From Octopus sinensis (taxonomy: Eukaryota): a stretch of DNA of 64,000 nucleotides. The DNA is taken from assembly GCF_006345805.1 (NCBI RefSeq), contig NC_042997.1, positions 64,728,001 through 64,792,000 of the forward strand. Direction: 5' to 3'. Positions 12,009 to 26,869 of the stretch are shown here, piece after piece. The notes under the pieces are model-generated. The model saw only the letters and a list, made by a program, of their open reading frames with translations. It searched no databases and had not been told where the DNA came from. The position numbers were made by a program, and so were the translations under genes. The first letter of the stretch is position 1. The number at the start of each line of letters is the position of its first letter.

Positions 12009-12949
12009 ATTAAATGTGTTAACTTCACAAATATCACAGAATTCTGCGATGTTAACTTTCTCAATCTACTTATAGCGAGTGGTGTAGTTTCTAAACTGAC
12101 TGTAAATATTATATGACAACATTGCGTCTGCTCTTCTGTTTATATTAACATTCCCATATATATAATGATCATAATAATGATCCTCGGATGGAGTTTATGA
12201 ATATCTTAAAGTGTTTATAAATTCCATCCAAGGGTGATTATTATCATTAAAATATCTATCCAACATTATATTATATCGGTGCAGCCCGGTGCAATCTAGA
12301 AGACAGGTATCACCACTTGGCATCATTAAGCTGTAGCCAGCACTATAAAATAGAAGCTTTTATATGCATGTGTAAGTATGAACGTATGTTTGTATTATGT
12401 AATCCTAGATTAAAAACCCACAAATCTTGCAACTATAGCTACGTATATTTTCCTGGTCGAAATAATAATTTATTCCGAATTTATCAAGCTGAAACAAGAC
12501 GGTTTATCATTTGTTTTTTCGAGCAGAAAAGATTTAAACAAGAGACGCATGTAAAGAAGTAGACAAAAACAAAAACACAATAATTCGATGTGAAGCAGAC
12601 GTAAACCAGGTGATAATGCTCTACTAAATGTCTGGTGATTTATTTTAAATTTGTTATACAGTGTTGTTCTCAGTCTCACATACATTGTTGTCTAAACTAT
12701 ATAGTTTTGTCTACATTCTGCACAACGTAAGACATAGATTAAGCTTTAGGAATGGCATGTGAATTTAGCCTCAATTTTGAATGAAATTCCGAACCTTCCA
12801 AGATATTGATAAATATGCATTTCAAATATTAATGAAGACTGTCTTGACAGTTTTGCTAATATCATAATCTTCTGCTCCTCGCTTTCTTTTCTTTTATCTA
12901 TTTTTTTTATTAACTCATGAAAAATACACAAAGTTTAAACTATTAGAAC

Positions 12950-12986
12950 ATGTATGTATGTATGTATGTATGTATGTATGTATGTA

Positions 12987-13028
<42 letters not shown>

Positions 13029-13080
13029 TGTGTTGTGTGTGTGTGTGTGTGTGTGAGTGTGTGTGTATGTACATGTATAT
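12950..13080. repeat. (TATG)n(TA)n(TG)n compound microsatellite
   Basis: Directly visible. Confidence 0.95.
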
Positions 13081-13341
13081 AAACACAATCCAATATATAT
13101 TCCCAAGGTATGCGTGTTGTTAGTTTGTGGATTGGCTGCGGTTCGCTCCGACAAACAAACTATGTGAGTTGTCTCGCTTGACTGTGACTTACGTTCAGCT
13201 GCATTATGGAGCAGACGCATAGAAAATAAATTCTCTTAGACCTAAGAACCAAAGTCGCCCCCTGAACTAACAACACACATAAGTTGTGTATGTGTGTTCG
13301 ATTTTGTTTATATCTGTCGAGCTGCTTCTAATTCATATTTG

Positions 13342-13402
<61 letters not shown>

Positions 13403-14944
13403 ACACACGTGTGTATGCAGAGTTTGTATAGGGCGGATGCAGAAATCGGCTCTCAATTCAGTCCATCATTTGTGAATCATATTTACTTTTCAAGAGTGTA
13501 TATTTGAATATCTTTAGTCTATCTACAATGCAATCACCAATTTTCCTTTCGTTAATATTTGCGTTCTTTTCTCTAACGGGTAATCACAATTTTTCTTATA
13601 TCTGTTCCTCCATCATCAGTAATGACTTCAGGAATAACAAAAAATATTCCTTGTGTATTCTCTATCATTTCTAAATATTTTCAATATTCAGTTCCTTATA
13701 AATTTCCATTTCTTTTATTCGTTTATTTTTACATTCTCTTTCCATTCTCCACAGGCAATCCACAACCGCTGCTTTGTTGTAAGATCGAACATAATCAACA
13801 GTAAACTTATCAAAAATGAAACCTCCTCATTTCACGCTCGTTGCCAATATTTGCGAATGAGATTCCATGAATATAATTTTTTTTATAATGTTATGGACAT
13901 CATATTTACAGATTCACACTGAGCAATTTGTGTGTCTCTTTACTGAGAATAATATAATATCTCTAAGTATGCTTTCACTACGCAATCACCGATTTCACAT
14001 GCAAATTTGACTAATTTAAAGTTTTGCTTTTATCCCCATAAATGTTCACTTTTTCTTAACTGTCGCTAATTATAACATATTCCAAACATTTCTATTTTAC
14101 AAAATAATCTGTCATATTAGCAAATAAGCATGTTTTCTATATCCCTTTCTCTCTTTCTCCCTCACTCACAAACACACATACACAAATTTGATCCTCTTTC
14201 GTATTTACTATTATCTCCCCATAGTAAATTTCCATATGCATGGATAATTTCGATATACTCTCTTCCTTTTCATTATGAAATCCGATTAGCATTCTTCAAA
14301 ACGCAACAGTTAGGATTCCGTAAGAATTCAATTCTTTTCATTAATTCAGTGTCTTCTCCTCCTCACCATGGTAATTTCCATCATACTTTTTCCTCTAAAT
14401 ATGGTTTACAGATTTCTATGATTTTCACATCAGAGATATTTTGAAAAAAGAAAAAAAATATACAGCTTCTTTTCTTGTCCTTCCTTGAAGTAGTGATATA
14501 TCAGCATACTACAGCATGTAAAAAAAAAATGAATTCACTACTCATTATATTACTGTCAGTACATGTTTAGCTATTTCGATTTTGATGTCCAAGAGTTCAA
14601 ACATACGATGATATACAGACTATTTAAATGCCCAAAATTATGTGTGGTGTAAAATAATACACACCAATTTCTGTATGTATTTTTCGCTTATCCTATACAT
14701 TTGATTGATTCATACACGTAGTACGTGTTTCATTTATGTTGCTACGAAGAGAAATTCAAGCACCTGTCTGCATCTATTACACTCACATACAAAAATAAAT
14801 TTTCAGTTTTGATTCACTGATACCATTTTCATTTACATGAATTAGAAATAGATGAAAGATATTTCTAATAACTAAATAAATTCAAAAGAACGTCGGTTTA
14901 CGAACTCCACTGATCACGAATAAATCGTGCTTGATATATATATC

Positions 14945-15125
<181 letters not shown>

Positions 15126-15883
15126 ATATACACGATCAGAGCTGTTTGAAACATGAGGTACTACTGTATATGAAATTTAAAAAAAAGACTACCTTCACAA
15201 CACTGTGTATTCCGCATTTCAAACCTAACCCAACCACACAAAAATCGTCTTACCTATTTCTAATGCGATTTTTATATTTCCATCATTTCCATGTGTTATA
15301 AATGAAAGTACGCGCGCACTTGTGTGCATTTGTTTGCGAATGAGTGTGTGTGGGTGTGTGAGGAGTGTGGTTTATAGGTAAATGTGTTGCACACTTGGTG
15401 GTACTATTTTGATTTCCATGCATGGTGCGGGCGACGCGATGTATTCTACAGCAAAACATTTCATTTAAAGTTGTCCCACTACATTCAGCTAGTTAAAGTG
15501 AGTAATAACGCGCCGGACCCGTGTCGCGTTCCGGTGGTGAATATATAAACCACAGGCTCCAGAGAACCGGCCTTATGAACTTTAGGTACGGGAAGGACTT
15601 TTGATTCGTCTACTTACATACATACATTCATACATACATACAAACATATGCGTATATACATACAGACCTACAGACACACTCACGTACATACGCGCGCGCA
15701 AACACATACACACACACACATATATAGTGGTTTGGTAAAATAATGGGAAGTTTTATTATTAAATATGGAGCTGTTCTAATTTTGGTGTCAATCACAAATT
15801 TAGTACACAGAGACATTGACTCGAACAGGATCTGGATTGTTTGATGTAGTCTTCAACCATTATCCAAGTAAAACATGTTTTGC

Positions 15884-15937
<54 letters not shown>

Positions 15938-18688
15938 TTGTATGTATGTACACTCATATTCATTCATACATACTCAAACACACACATTCGTTCACACACA
16001 TAGACATATAAAACATATAAATAGCTGGCATGCCGAACTCACTCGGATTCCATATTTGTCAAGATACCTTATTTACATAATTTAAACCTACAACGTATTG
16101 ATGTATGATTCATTTCGGTCCATAATTATATTTTTTCCTTAGATGCTATGGTAACGACAACAATATCAAACTTATTGCTTATTTTAATCTAGATTTAACA
16201 TCAACCCTTTAAACCAACAGCTGTATATTTTATTGTCGTCTACTGAAAACTTTCAGTCTCGATGTTGAACCTAAAAGCCAAAAGAAAATAATAATCCAAC
16301 AGGTTTGATTGACAAATGTAGTGTTGGTTTATTCATTTTATAATCTGATAGGATTATAAAAATTTCCCCAAAACACGATTTATTTAAGCAAAGAAAATGA
16401 TTTTCAAATTCGGTTGTCAAATATGACATCAATGAAAATATATTTCATGGCTATATGTCGGCGTTCGAAGAGAATTTCTTTCAAAATAATGTCTCTTAAT
16501 TAGATAAATCTCATCATGAAATTGTTGTCTAAATTTGATTTTAGATTATTCAATCGTATTTAAAATTAATTAACTCCGTAAAGGTTTCCTCTCCACCGAT
16601 CAACTAACGACGAGGTGAATTGTATGATTAATATTTGTGGTAATATGTTGTACTCGTTGTCAATTTAATTATTACTTAATCAGTTAAGTTAGCATTAATA
16701 CATTCAGAATGTCGAGCGTAACAAGCTAATGAACGCTTTCAAAAAAAGGACACTATCACAATATTAATTATTCCGACTTGTACGTTAACATCTGCGGATA
16801 TATTATGCTGCCATTAGAGTTACACTTCGAAATCAAAATATCACTCCACTTTCTGGAAAAGGAATGAGAATAAGACACAATTAATGTATAATACCTCACA
16901 ATTCTAATCATGAAAATGAACTTTTCCAGAGGATAGTTTGCGAAAGTGTATTCCACATGAACAAATAAGAGTAATGAGAGTCAAAAGGAAATAGAGAAAT
17001 AAATTTCTATCTCATGGCTGGTGTCTGAGGTCACATTCGGTGCCGTCAGAACCACAGGATGAGCTCGTATCGGTCTTATCAGCAACAACCGCGCCCATGC
17101 AAAACAATGTGTAGGGGGTGGAGGAGGGAAAATGTCTTGAATCGACGCTGTCATCATCTTTGATGGGCCGTCATAAGCAAGTAAGTGTGAAAAGATATGA
17201 GAGAGAATAGAAAGTCACTCAACTGTCAAATGCAGTCAATATGCCTTGAAATAATGAACTCTTTCATCAGCTTACAGTGTTCAGTGAATCTCTGCTTATC
17301 AATATAGCATTCCGCTAAAATAATCTAATCTAAGTTCACAGATACAATAACTAGCAGTGTACTTACGGTTCAAATAATTCATTATGTACCATGGAAAAAT
17401 ATAATGTGAAACAAATTTAAGCAATTCAGAATCATTACACAAGATAGTTTGTGTTATCGGTGTCTTACTAAATGCTGTGTGTATTCAAATTGTTTCTCGT
17501 ACACAGATATGTGTTTCGAATGATTAGGTGTATTGAGTAGAGCATGGCCTTGCGAGATGCGTGACAAAAGATGGAATATAACTATTTGCATGTCACATCC
17601 AAAAGCAAACGGACGTTCTCATGAAATCAGTGTCGTCGTTATAATCATCAGGACTATGATGATGATGATAAAAATGATGATGACAAAATCTTCATTATTG
17701 TCGTTGATGTCATAGTTCCCCTTATTATCATCATCAACATTATCACATTATCATCATCATCATCATCATTATTATCATCATCATAATCACTGCCATAATG
17801 TTTTTTTTTATCTCTCTCATTAAAAGAAACTGTGACACACTGGAAAAAGTCTAATACATCAGAAATATTTTGATATATTCAAACATTTCGCATTTCATAC
17901 ATGAAAATTGTAATCGACATGTACCTAGTAAGTAAAAAAGTCATGGATTTATTAAGCATCCGAGTGCATGTGCAAAAATTGTTAGCCAACCAAGACAGTG
18001 GCATTAATACGTGCTATGTACTTGATAGTAATAAGAGCCACATCATGCAATCTGTGGAGAAGGTAAGAAAAATTAGTAAACTTAATCTTAGCCTCTTCTA
18101 CAAAGACACCATGGTCATGTAAAGATTGCTACCAGAACTTACTATCAGACTGCAATCTCAGAATAGCGACAGATTGATTTATCAGCTAAGGCTATGTTTA
18201 TGTGAATTAATTTGCAAGTTGTCTGCAAAAATGCAGGCATAACATTGAATAATTATATCATATGTGTTTATTGACATGTATTTCGTTTTCAAGACTTCAT
18301 AGAATCTGCAGAGATATTTTCTTCTTTTTGTATGAATGTCTGATTGTAAAGCGATGGCCGTTCATGCCCAGGTACTTCCGTCAACATAAAGCAATGGAAT
18401 CGCAAGTATTGAGAAACAATTAATTCCGTATCGGTGCCCATTCTCGATCAATAATGATCACAGTTAGTCATTTGTTCTTAGATTTGCAGAGTCGAGTTTG
18501 TCAACTCGAAATTGTAAGGAGATATAAATATATGAACTCATTGCATCACTTTCTTTCTAATTACTTAATTTCCTATTCCTGCCAAACATTGTGCATTAAG
18601 GTTGATATTTCTTGTAAACGCTAGAGGAAAACACGTGTATATATCTGTATATGTATCTGTGCGTATGCATATAAGAATGGTTACCCGG

Positions 18689-18728
<40 letters not shown>

Positions 18729-18760
18729 TTTATTTTAAGCAGCAGAAAATTCAACAAAAT

Positions 18761-18798
18761 CTGTTACTCTGAGTTTCTCGTTGCCGTTCATCAGACAG
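18761..18798 (-). ncRNA. Minimal type I hammerhead ribozyme motif (PLE pLTR-like end)
   Basis: Minus strand: CUGU-CUGAUGA-A-CG-GCAA-CG-A-GAAA-CUC-A-GAG-UA-ACAG; stem I CUGU/ACAG, GUA triplet; followed by AATAAA (18734-18729) and (TA)n. Confidence 0.7.
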
Positions 18799-19874
18799 TT
18801 TTTGCTAGAATGGAACCGATATATCAATTCAATCTATACTCTTACAAACGCTACACCTTTAAAAAGAAATGGACTTGTTTGATTGGCCCTTTAGAAAAAA
18901 CGGTCAATCTTCGAGCGATAAACAAAAAGGTCAAACATATATGTATATATATATATAAAAAACTTATAAAAATTATAAAATCCGAGGAAAAAACCTTACA
19001 TTGAATAAAATACATATTGACGTTAAGGAAGAAAGTGCAAATTAATGCATAGAAATTAAACCTGTTATAAATATTACACTGCAATACATATTTATATTAA
19101 AATCTACATATATATATCAACATACACAAAATTATGCGTGCAAACGCCATATATATACAGACGTATGAATATAAATCTAAATATACACATAAAAGCATGT
19201 GTACGTATATTCACGCAAAACCATCTCGCACGCAAGTTAAAAAAGATCTATGTAGCGATTCTCATATACTGAGTAAGGGGGGGGGACGAAAGAAAGGGAG
19301 AGAGAGAAAAAGGAACGAAGGAGGTGTAGGGAAAAAACGAAATAAGAAAGAATTATGTATACAAGCAGTGTAACGGCATTATGGCATATATGGAGACAAG
19401 TATACATACATAAGTTTGAATGGATACAGTCGTGTATATGTGTGCTTAAGCACAAACATACTTTCACTTACACATACACAGATACGCATGCTTACAAATA
19501 CATATGCTTTGCTATGCACATACTTATATCAGCATTCTAATTTTGACAACATTGCTTTTTTTTAAAAAAACATTGCTTTTTTTTAAAAAAATGGGTGCAT
19601 TAATAAAAATATATACGAAAGACATATAAAATAAAATATAACATCCTATTTTGGGTCATTTATAAATAATTAAGGTAATATAAATAATCAAGGTAATCCT
19701 ATATAATGCAATAACATGAAAACAAAGTTGGAGGTTTTTCCTAATATATATGTAGAAACATAAGACTTTGCTATACGGATTAAGATCCGTATAGCTTGGA
19801 AACAAAATCCATCGTAGCGCTCATCGTTCAAGAGTCAAAATCAAAATCAAAAATACAAAATATATACTCTATCC

Positions 19875-20110
19875 ATATGGTATATTTATATTCGTGCCTA
19901 CATAAGTTCATTAGCTCGCTTCTTTGATTCAAAGAATTATTGTCTTTGAATAAGATGTACATTTTTTCTAATAGACAAAGCTTGCACTTGAAATTATTTT
20001 TGTAAGCTCCATGCCTGTATAGTGCCGCCCTGTCCAGAATGCTCCATGTCACGTTGAAAGGTGGGGCTTCCTTTTCTTTTAGTTCCCAGACATATACGCA
20101 TTTATATTCA
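19875..20110 (-). mobile_element. PLE GIY-YIG endonuclease C-terminal fragment
   Basis: YVWELKEKEAPPFNVTWSILDRAALY...CKLCLLEKMYIL...LNQRSELMNLCRH, the characteristic PLE endonuclease C-terminus (ORF 19828-20052). Confidence 0.8.
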
Positions 20111-21664
20111 AAAAATGTTGTTCTTTAGATTGTTCGTCACTCCCGCTTGAACCTTTTTCTTTAAATTATAATATAAACATGCATACAAGTAAACGTAAGA
20201 AGTAAATGTACTCAGAACTAAAAGTACAGTTATATATTTAATTTCTTTCCATTATTGTTTGTAGTTTCTTTGCTTCGAACGTTAGTAAGACACATAATAT
20301 TGAGTTGTTATTTCAAAGAACCATGATGAATACGCCGAAGTCGAAACCCATTTTGATTTATTGAAAATTAAAGTTATAGCATGAAGCGAACGTTTCATGT
20401 GAAATTGAGGAATATGGACATACTCGTATAAAAGTAAACAAGTAAATATATAATGAATAAATATCATACTGAACTGAGTGCGATAACAGGAAAGCAAAAT
20501 AGCAAAATATTAAAAGATACAGTAGTAAGATATGATTAACAGTTTTTGCATTTTCTTTTCTTCGTTTCTTTTCTCTTTTTCTCTTTTCCTCATTTTTTTC
20601 CTGCAACAGCTGTTACCGCTGCTATTTGATGATGCTACAAACTAGTACATTTCCTTCTATTCATTCTTCTACGTAATATCTACCTCCAGTTTCTTTTTTA
20701 TTTGTCTATACTTTTTCATACTGGTGTCCACTTACTTTCTGCTCGCCCCAAGTATCTCTCGATAGTTTTACTCGACAACGTATTTTCCTCCTATTCATCC
20801 AACTATTCTCATTACTGCAGGTGAGATCATTCGCGAATCCTTGTTATATATTTGTTGTCACGGCTACATACAGATTTTTGGTACAGTGATATCCGTCATC
20901 CAATGAGAGCTTTCGTCTCCACTTTTATTTTAAAATATCATCCAAGCAAAATTTTATTTGACATAAGTATCATTTGACTGTCTCTTTAGCTTTATACGTG
21001 CGTGTGTATGTGTGACTGAGCGTGCTTGCGTATATAATACATACACATTTAAACACCTGTGGATGCGCGTGGCTTACTGGCTAGGGTGTAGGACTCATGA
21101 TCATTATTTAGTAAAATAGAAGACAGAGATCTTGAGCGAAGTCAAAATGGCTTTATTACAATGTTTATTTCCGAATACGGAATGATGAAAACAAAAAAAG
21201 GTTTTCTTGAATGTTTATTGTTTTTTTTTTTTTTTTAAATAAGTATAATTAATCTAACGATAACGCCAAAATTCTGAACTAACATCATATTAAATGGATT
21301 CAAGTGGACACATCACCATGTGTAAAGAACTAGTTCATTTGTCCGCCATGTTTTTGTCTTTGCACATCGATTAAATGGGTTTCTCTCTAATTTGGTTGGG
21401 ACTTGTGTTTACCAGTTACTACATATGCACGCATACACACACACATACACATATACTCACACACACACAATCATACTTTGATTCACGCACACACTCACGC
21501 ACACTTATACACATTCACACATGCACTTACACGCACAAATGCAGACTCTCTCACAGAGACTCACACACACTGACACGCACACATACCGACACACACATAC
21601 ACAATAACACACACAATCACACACATACTTATACAAACCTCCTTTGCCAGATTATAGGATGCAA

Positions 21665-21835
21665 CTTTTTACGTTCTGAGTTCAAATTCCGCCGAGGTCG
21701 ACTTTGCCTTTCATCCTTTCGGGGTCGATAAATAAGGTACGAGTTACGCACTGGGGCCGATCTAATCGACTTAATCCCTTTGTCTGTCCTTGGTTGTCCC
21801 CTCTATGTTTAGTCCTTGTGGGCAATAAAGAAATA
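21665..21835 (+). mobile_element. SINE family C (Nin/Deu-domain-like core)
   Basis: GAGTTCAAATTCC (B box) then GACTTTGCCTTTCATCCTTTCGGGGTCGATAAA; shared with 31741, 32963 and 51445. Confidence 0.8.
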
Positions 21836-22130
21836 TATATGATGCACCTTTTTCTATTTTTAAATGTATCAAAAAGTTGTCAGCTGCCAAATTAAAGGCG
21901 TGAGGTTGAATTCTGTATGCTATGAAGTCAGCTAAGCATAAGTCCACTACACACAAAGACCGTTACACATAACAGTGTATCAAAAACAATTCAATATATC
22001 AGACTTACTAACTTACGAAACTTACGAAAAATTACCACAGATCATCAGATGGGAGGAGGTCACATCATCTCAGTAAGTCGCTTTCCGAAGCTGAGGTAGC
22101 CAACACCTGATTTGCGTCTTACATTATTCA

Positions 22131-22914
22131 ATTGCATGGAAAAATGCGAGCAAGATTATAAATCCTAAGATTATAAATCTGGAAAAGTACAGGACAAGTT
22201 GGAAACGTTCAGTACAAGTTATTACATCTGGTAAAGTACAGAACAAGAAAACTTTTACTGAAAATACCGCAGCTAAGGATAAAATTTCAAATAAAATATT
22301 TAGATTTAGAAAATATTAGCTTTTATTAAACTAAAAATGTTATTACAAGATATTACTTCAATTTGCCATTACTTGTCACTTCTATTAAAAATAAGAAATA
22401 ACTCAAAATATTTTTTACACTTCAAACAGTTAATTTTATTTTAATTATTAATTCAGAATTAGAAATTTTTAAATAGGTTATACAAAATAATAGAATTACA
22501 TAATTAGTTAGTACAATAAATAGAATAATACAAAGATTAGTTATATATTACAATAACATCTAGCTATAACAACAAATCTATAATAAAATAAACTTGAGTT
22601 ATTGCCCGAGTTATTGCCAAGTCTTCATATTTTTAGTCTTGAAAATTGCCTTTTTTTTACATAATGGATTTGCCTGTCAAATGATTGGTACCTTTTTCTA
22701 ATTGTAATATTACTTTGTAAATTAAAATCAAATAATTTTTAATATTCAAATTTTAGCCTTAGCTGCAATATTTAACATACAAATTTTCTTGTTCCATTTT
22801 ACCAGATGTAATATCTTGCCCTGAACTTTTCCAAGTATTATAATTTGTCCTGTACTTTTCAAGATCTATAATCTTAAGTATATTATTTCCCTTGCTCGTA
22901 TTTTTCCATGTAAT
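22131..22914. mobile_element. Foldback/MITE-like element with ~165-bp inverted arms
   Basis: 22131-22292 aligns with the reverse complement of 22744-22914 (about 75-80% by eye), with internal AAAGTACAG(G/A)ACAAG-type subrepeats. Confidence 0.75.
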
Positions 22915-24373
22915 CGATGTTTTTTCCAGGCTATGCTATTATGCTAATTAATAATGTGTCAAATGTGTCAATTAGCGGTGTCGTTGATAGTTTTTTTCTG
23001 ACCTCAATGATTCTGGTGACATATATTAAATGTCCCCTAGAACTATATTCATAAATAGTATAGAACTCATATTATCACCCTCGATTTTGAGAAACAAATA
23101 CTCATAACTGTTTTCTTTTAAAATTTATTTGCATGAGATTGATACCATGGCATTCCTTGAATGGAGCTCTACCATTTAAGATTAATTAAAATATAGTGTG
23201 TTTTTAAGATAAATAAGTTAATTATACTTAAATCCAATTTTTTGCCTTATATTATTTTCATTTTATTTTACCTAACAACTTTTTGGTACAATTTTTTTCT
23301 TGCATGAGGCCATAAACTATAAAATTCTACAGACTTTCTTCTATCATTGCAGCTAAGATAAATAGATTTTGCTTTTAAAATTAAAAAAAAAACGTTATTT
23401 AGATATAAACTAGACTGGTGACGTTCCTTACTCTCCTATAACGTTGCTACAGATTTTGATGTAAACTTTTTTCTACTGGACCAAATCTCAAATTCCGGAA
23501 CGTTAAGGGTTTTCCATTAGGTGAAGAACATGAATTAGCGGCAATCTCTGATATATGCTGCGTGTGAGTAAATTTCGGCCTGAAAAATATTATTCAACTA
23601 CTGCCGTAGTTGAATGATAAATGTTTTACCATTAGCAAGCATTATTTCAATTATCTAAATCAATATTTTCCGACGAATAGAAAGGGTATGCTAAATTTCC
23701 GCTCACCTATCTGCTACATGAAATGAGTGGATGAAAACAAAACCATAGATATGGTGCACCACAATTTAATTCCAATAGTAATAAAATAAGTTCCTTCTGC
23801 ATGTAATTTGCCCTCTCTCTGCAAAGATTTGGACACCAGTCTACCTCATGATATATCTTACAATCAACCTCTCCAAATTGTAATTATATAGGAGACCTAA
23901 AAGAACAAAGAAAGTCTCTAGGTAACCAACCTATTTGGTAAAGGTAGCAGCAGTATTACGTGTCATATTTAGCTCCTTCGCAAAAGAAATGATATAATAG
24001 ACAATGTAGTTCTCGGTAACAGAAAATACCATACCCAAAAATTACGAGTTTTTCTTCCTGGGTGGCAATTTATGTAACCAAAATAAAACACAAAAATGCA
24101 GTTGATGTGAAAAAAGATAAAACTGAAATACTAATTGCTTTATCGAGAATATATATTACGAATTTATTATTTCATATTTTATTCCAGTATACTTCCTCAA
24201 CATTGCATTCACATAATCATTCGTTTGCTTCTGCCAAACGATTTTAAAGCTTATTTGAATACCAATATGATGAAACGTACTCATTTTCTCCACAAAATAT
24301 ACTTCTAAAGTAGATGTCTTATACAGAGATACACTGGCAAATATGTGTATTTGTGTGTATGAAGGTGTGAGAA

Positions 24374-24376
<3 letters not shown>

Positions 24377-24449
<73 letters not shown>
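24377..24449. repeat. (AT)n(AG)n microsatellite
   Basis: Directly visible. Confidence 0.97.
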
Positions 24450-24455
<6 letters not shown>

Positions 24456-25886
24456 CATGGTTTAAAATTTGACATCTTTATATGTGTGAAACCATCATGA
24501 AATGTGTTTCTTTGCTATTTGTATTTACAATTATTTGTGACGCTGGAGCTGTCTATATTAATGGGTCACCATTCGAAATTTTCCATTTAATATGTTTATG
24601 AACACATTTCATAACTGGCAATTATAGTCAGATCTGACACTAAATACACGAGTGCGCGGGGTTAGAGGTCTAACGTTACAACAAAAGTTGAGGATGGTAC
24701 GATACAAAATATCTCTGCATTAACATTCCATTTAAATCTGTTACCTTTTTTCAGTACACGAAGCAAGAGAAATCGAAGCAATTTCCGAATATGGTATTAA
24801 AGAAAGTTGCTGAAGATAGTATGTTTTTTATGGGATGTGAGATTGTAGATAAAAGAGGAAAAGTTTGTTCAGTAGGTATATGTGTGTATAAAATGTAAGC
24901 AGTACTACTAATGATAACTCAACTTCTTCCAAAACACTTAAACGAAAAGCGTTTTTACTTTTTTCTGTCCCTGCTATATTATTAATCGAATCGTAGAACC
25001 TGTCAAAATAGAAGAGAGAATCAACATTTTGTGGGGAGTGAAAACTACTTGAGATAGACCTTCCTACTCTAAGATTGTAAAATATGAGAATGTAAATATT
25101 TTTTAGATCTACAGCGGCATCAGGTCACCTCATAAATGTGTTAATATAGCGGAGGCGAAAACAATGTAAGGTGACCCATCACAAATTTGTCGAACTTTCC
25201 TATTTTTCATATGATTGTAAATTCTGCACTATTAAGCACGAGCATAGGAGTCTGTATTCACAATATCACAAATAAATATTGTAAATATATTTTCTGAAGA
25301 TAAAGTTCATAGTTCGAGAAATTATAATCTTATTAAGAACAACCCATCTCAGACATTTAGATATTTAATCTAGCTTTTGTTTATCGAAATTGGGTGTTAG
25401 CAATGTTGAACAGAGGCAATTATGTCGATAGTAATGTAATTATTTAAGATAATGATTAATAATGTTTAATCCTCTTTCTCTCACATCTCTGACTAAAAAA
25501 AAAATCAAGCACATTTCAGATATTTTGCCATAAAGAAAACAGTAGAATTTTATATAACCATCAAAGAAATGTGATAGAAAGCTGCATTGGTTAAATGCCT
25601 AGCTGTTCATTTGTTCGTCGCTTAGTTGTTTTGTTTTATTTCCTAACACTGACCACTTTTAGTGTGTGTTAAACTAAAACTAGGTGAATATCAAACAGAC
25701 ACTAAAATCGCCAGCATTGTAATTGTACATCAAAGTATGAAACTAAGCACTTCCACTGAAATCTATGTAATGATCTTCATTTTTGTACAAAAATATAAAC
25801 GAAGAACCAGTGCACTGTCACTACTCATCACTAATTAATCTTCAGTAATGGAAGTTAAAGAGCGTGTATACACACACATGTATATA

Positions 25887-26067
<181 letters not shown>

Positions 26068-26264
26068 TTGCTGTGCTAGGGGCGGCTTCAAGAATTTTAG
26101 TGGAACACTTCGATTCCAAGTACGTTTTTTTAAGTCTGATACTTATTCAATTACAGAACTGCGAAGTTAAGTGACGTAAAGTTAGCCACACTAGCTATCA
26201 GCGGTTGTACGGGACAAACACAGACATAAACAGACGCATACACATATGCATATATATATATATA

Positions 26265-26450
26265 CATATTCTCTTAATTCACTCATTTGACTACAGCCAT
26301 GCTGTAGCACCGCCCTTAGTCCAACAAATCGACCCCGAGACTTATTCTTTGTAAGTCTAGTACTTATTTTCTCGGTCTCTTTTGCCGAACCGCTAAGTTG
26401 CGGGGTCGTAAACACTCAAACATCGGTTGTCAAATGATGGTGGGTGTACA
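26265..26450 (-). mobile_element. SINE family A, 3' half
   Basis: CATTTGACTACAGCCATGCTGTAGCACCGCC...TTTTGCCGAACCGCTAAGTT matches the other family A copies. Confidence 0.85.
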
Positions 26451-26619
26451 ACACACACACATACACATATATATATAGATAGATTACGGCATATGTAAAC
26501 AAATATAATTTTATTTTTTGAAATTTTCAAATGTATTGTAGAACATGTAGAAAGATATATTTTTCAACACGTAAATACTGAACAGTACATATAAAGGATA
26601 AAATCCGCTTGGAGTGCTC

Positions 26620-26869
26620 TACCCTTTAAGCTGAACTGCCGGCCAGCAAATTCACTTGTAATTTTAGAAGTTATAAAGTCATCCACTATTTACCTGCTGA
26701 GAAAATATATATTTTTCTACTTGTTCTACAATACATTTCAATGCTTCAAAAACAAACTTATATTTATTGTCTACATATGACGTAATCTATATGACATCCA
26801 TCGTTTCTGGATGACTTTATAACTCCTAAAATTGCAGAAGCGTTTGTCGGCAGTTTAGCTTAAAGGGTA
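26620..26869. mobile_element. 250-bp MITE with ~65-bp TIRs and 8-bp TSD (hAT- or P-like)
   Basis: TIRs TACCCTTTAAGCT...GTCATCCA (26620-26685 / 26808-26869); perfect direct repeat GAGTGCTC at 26612-26619 and 26870-26877. Confidence 0.8.

Noticed and set aside
15500-15592. CpG cluster, TATATAAA (15542-15549) and AG|GTACGG, like a core promoter with a first exon
   Set aside because: TATA-like strings are ubiquitous in this AT-rich DNA and no downstream gene is identifiable.
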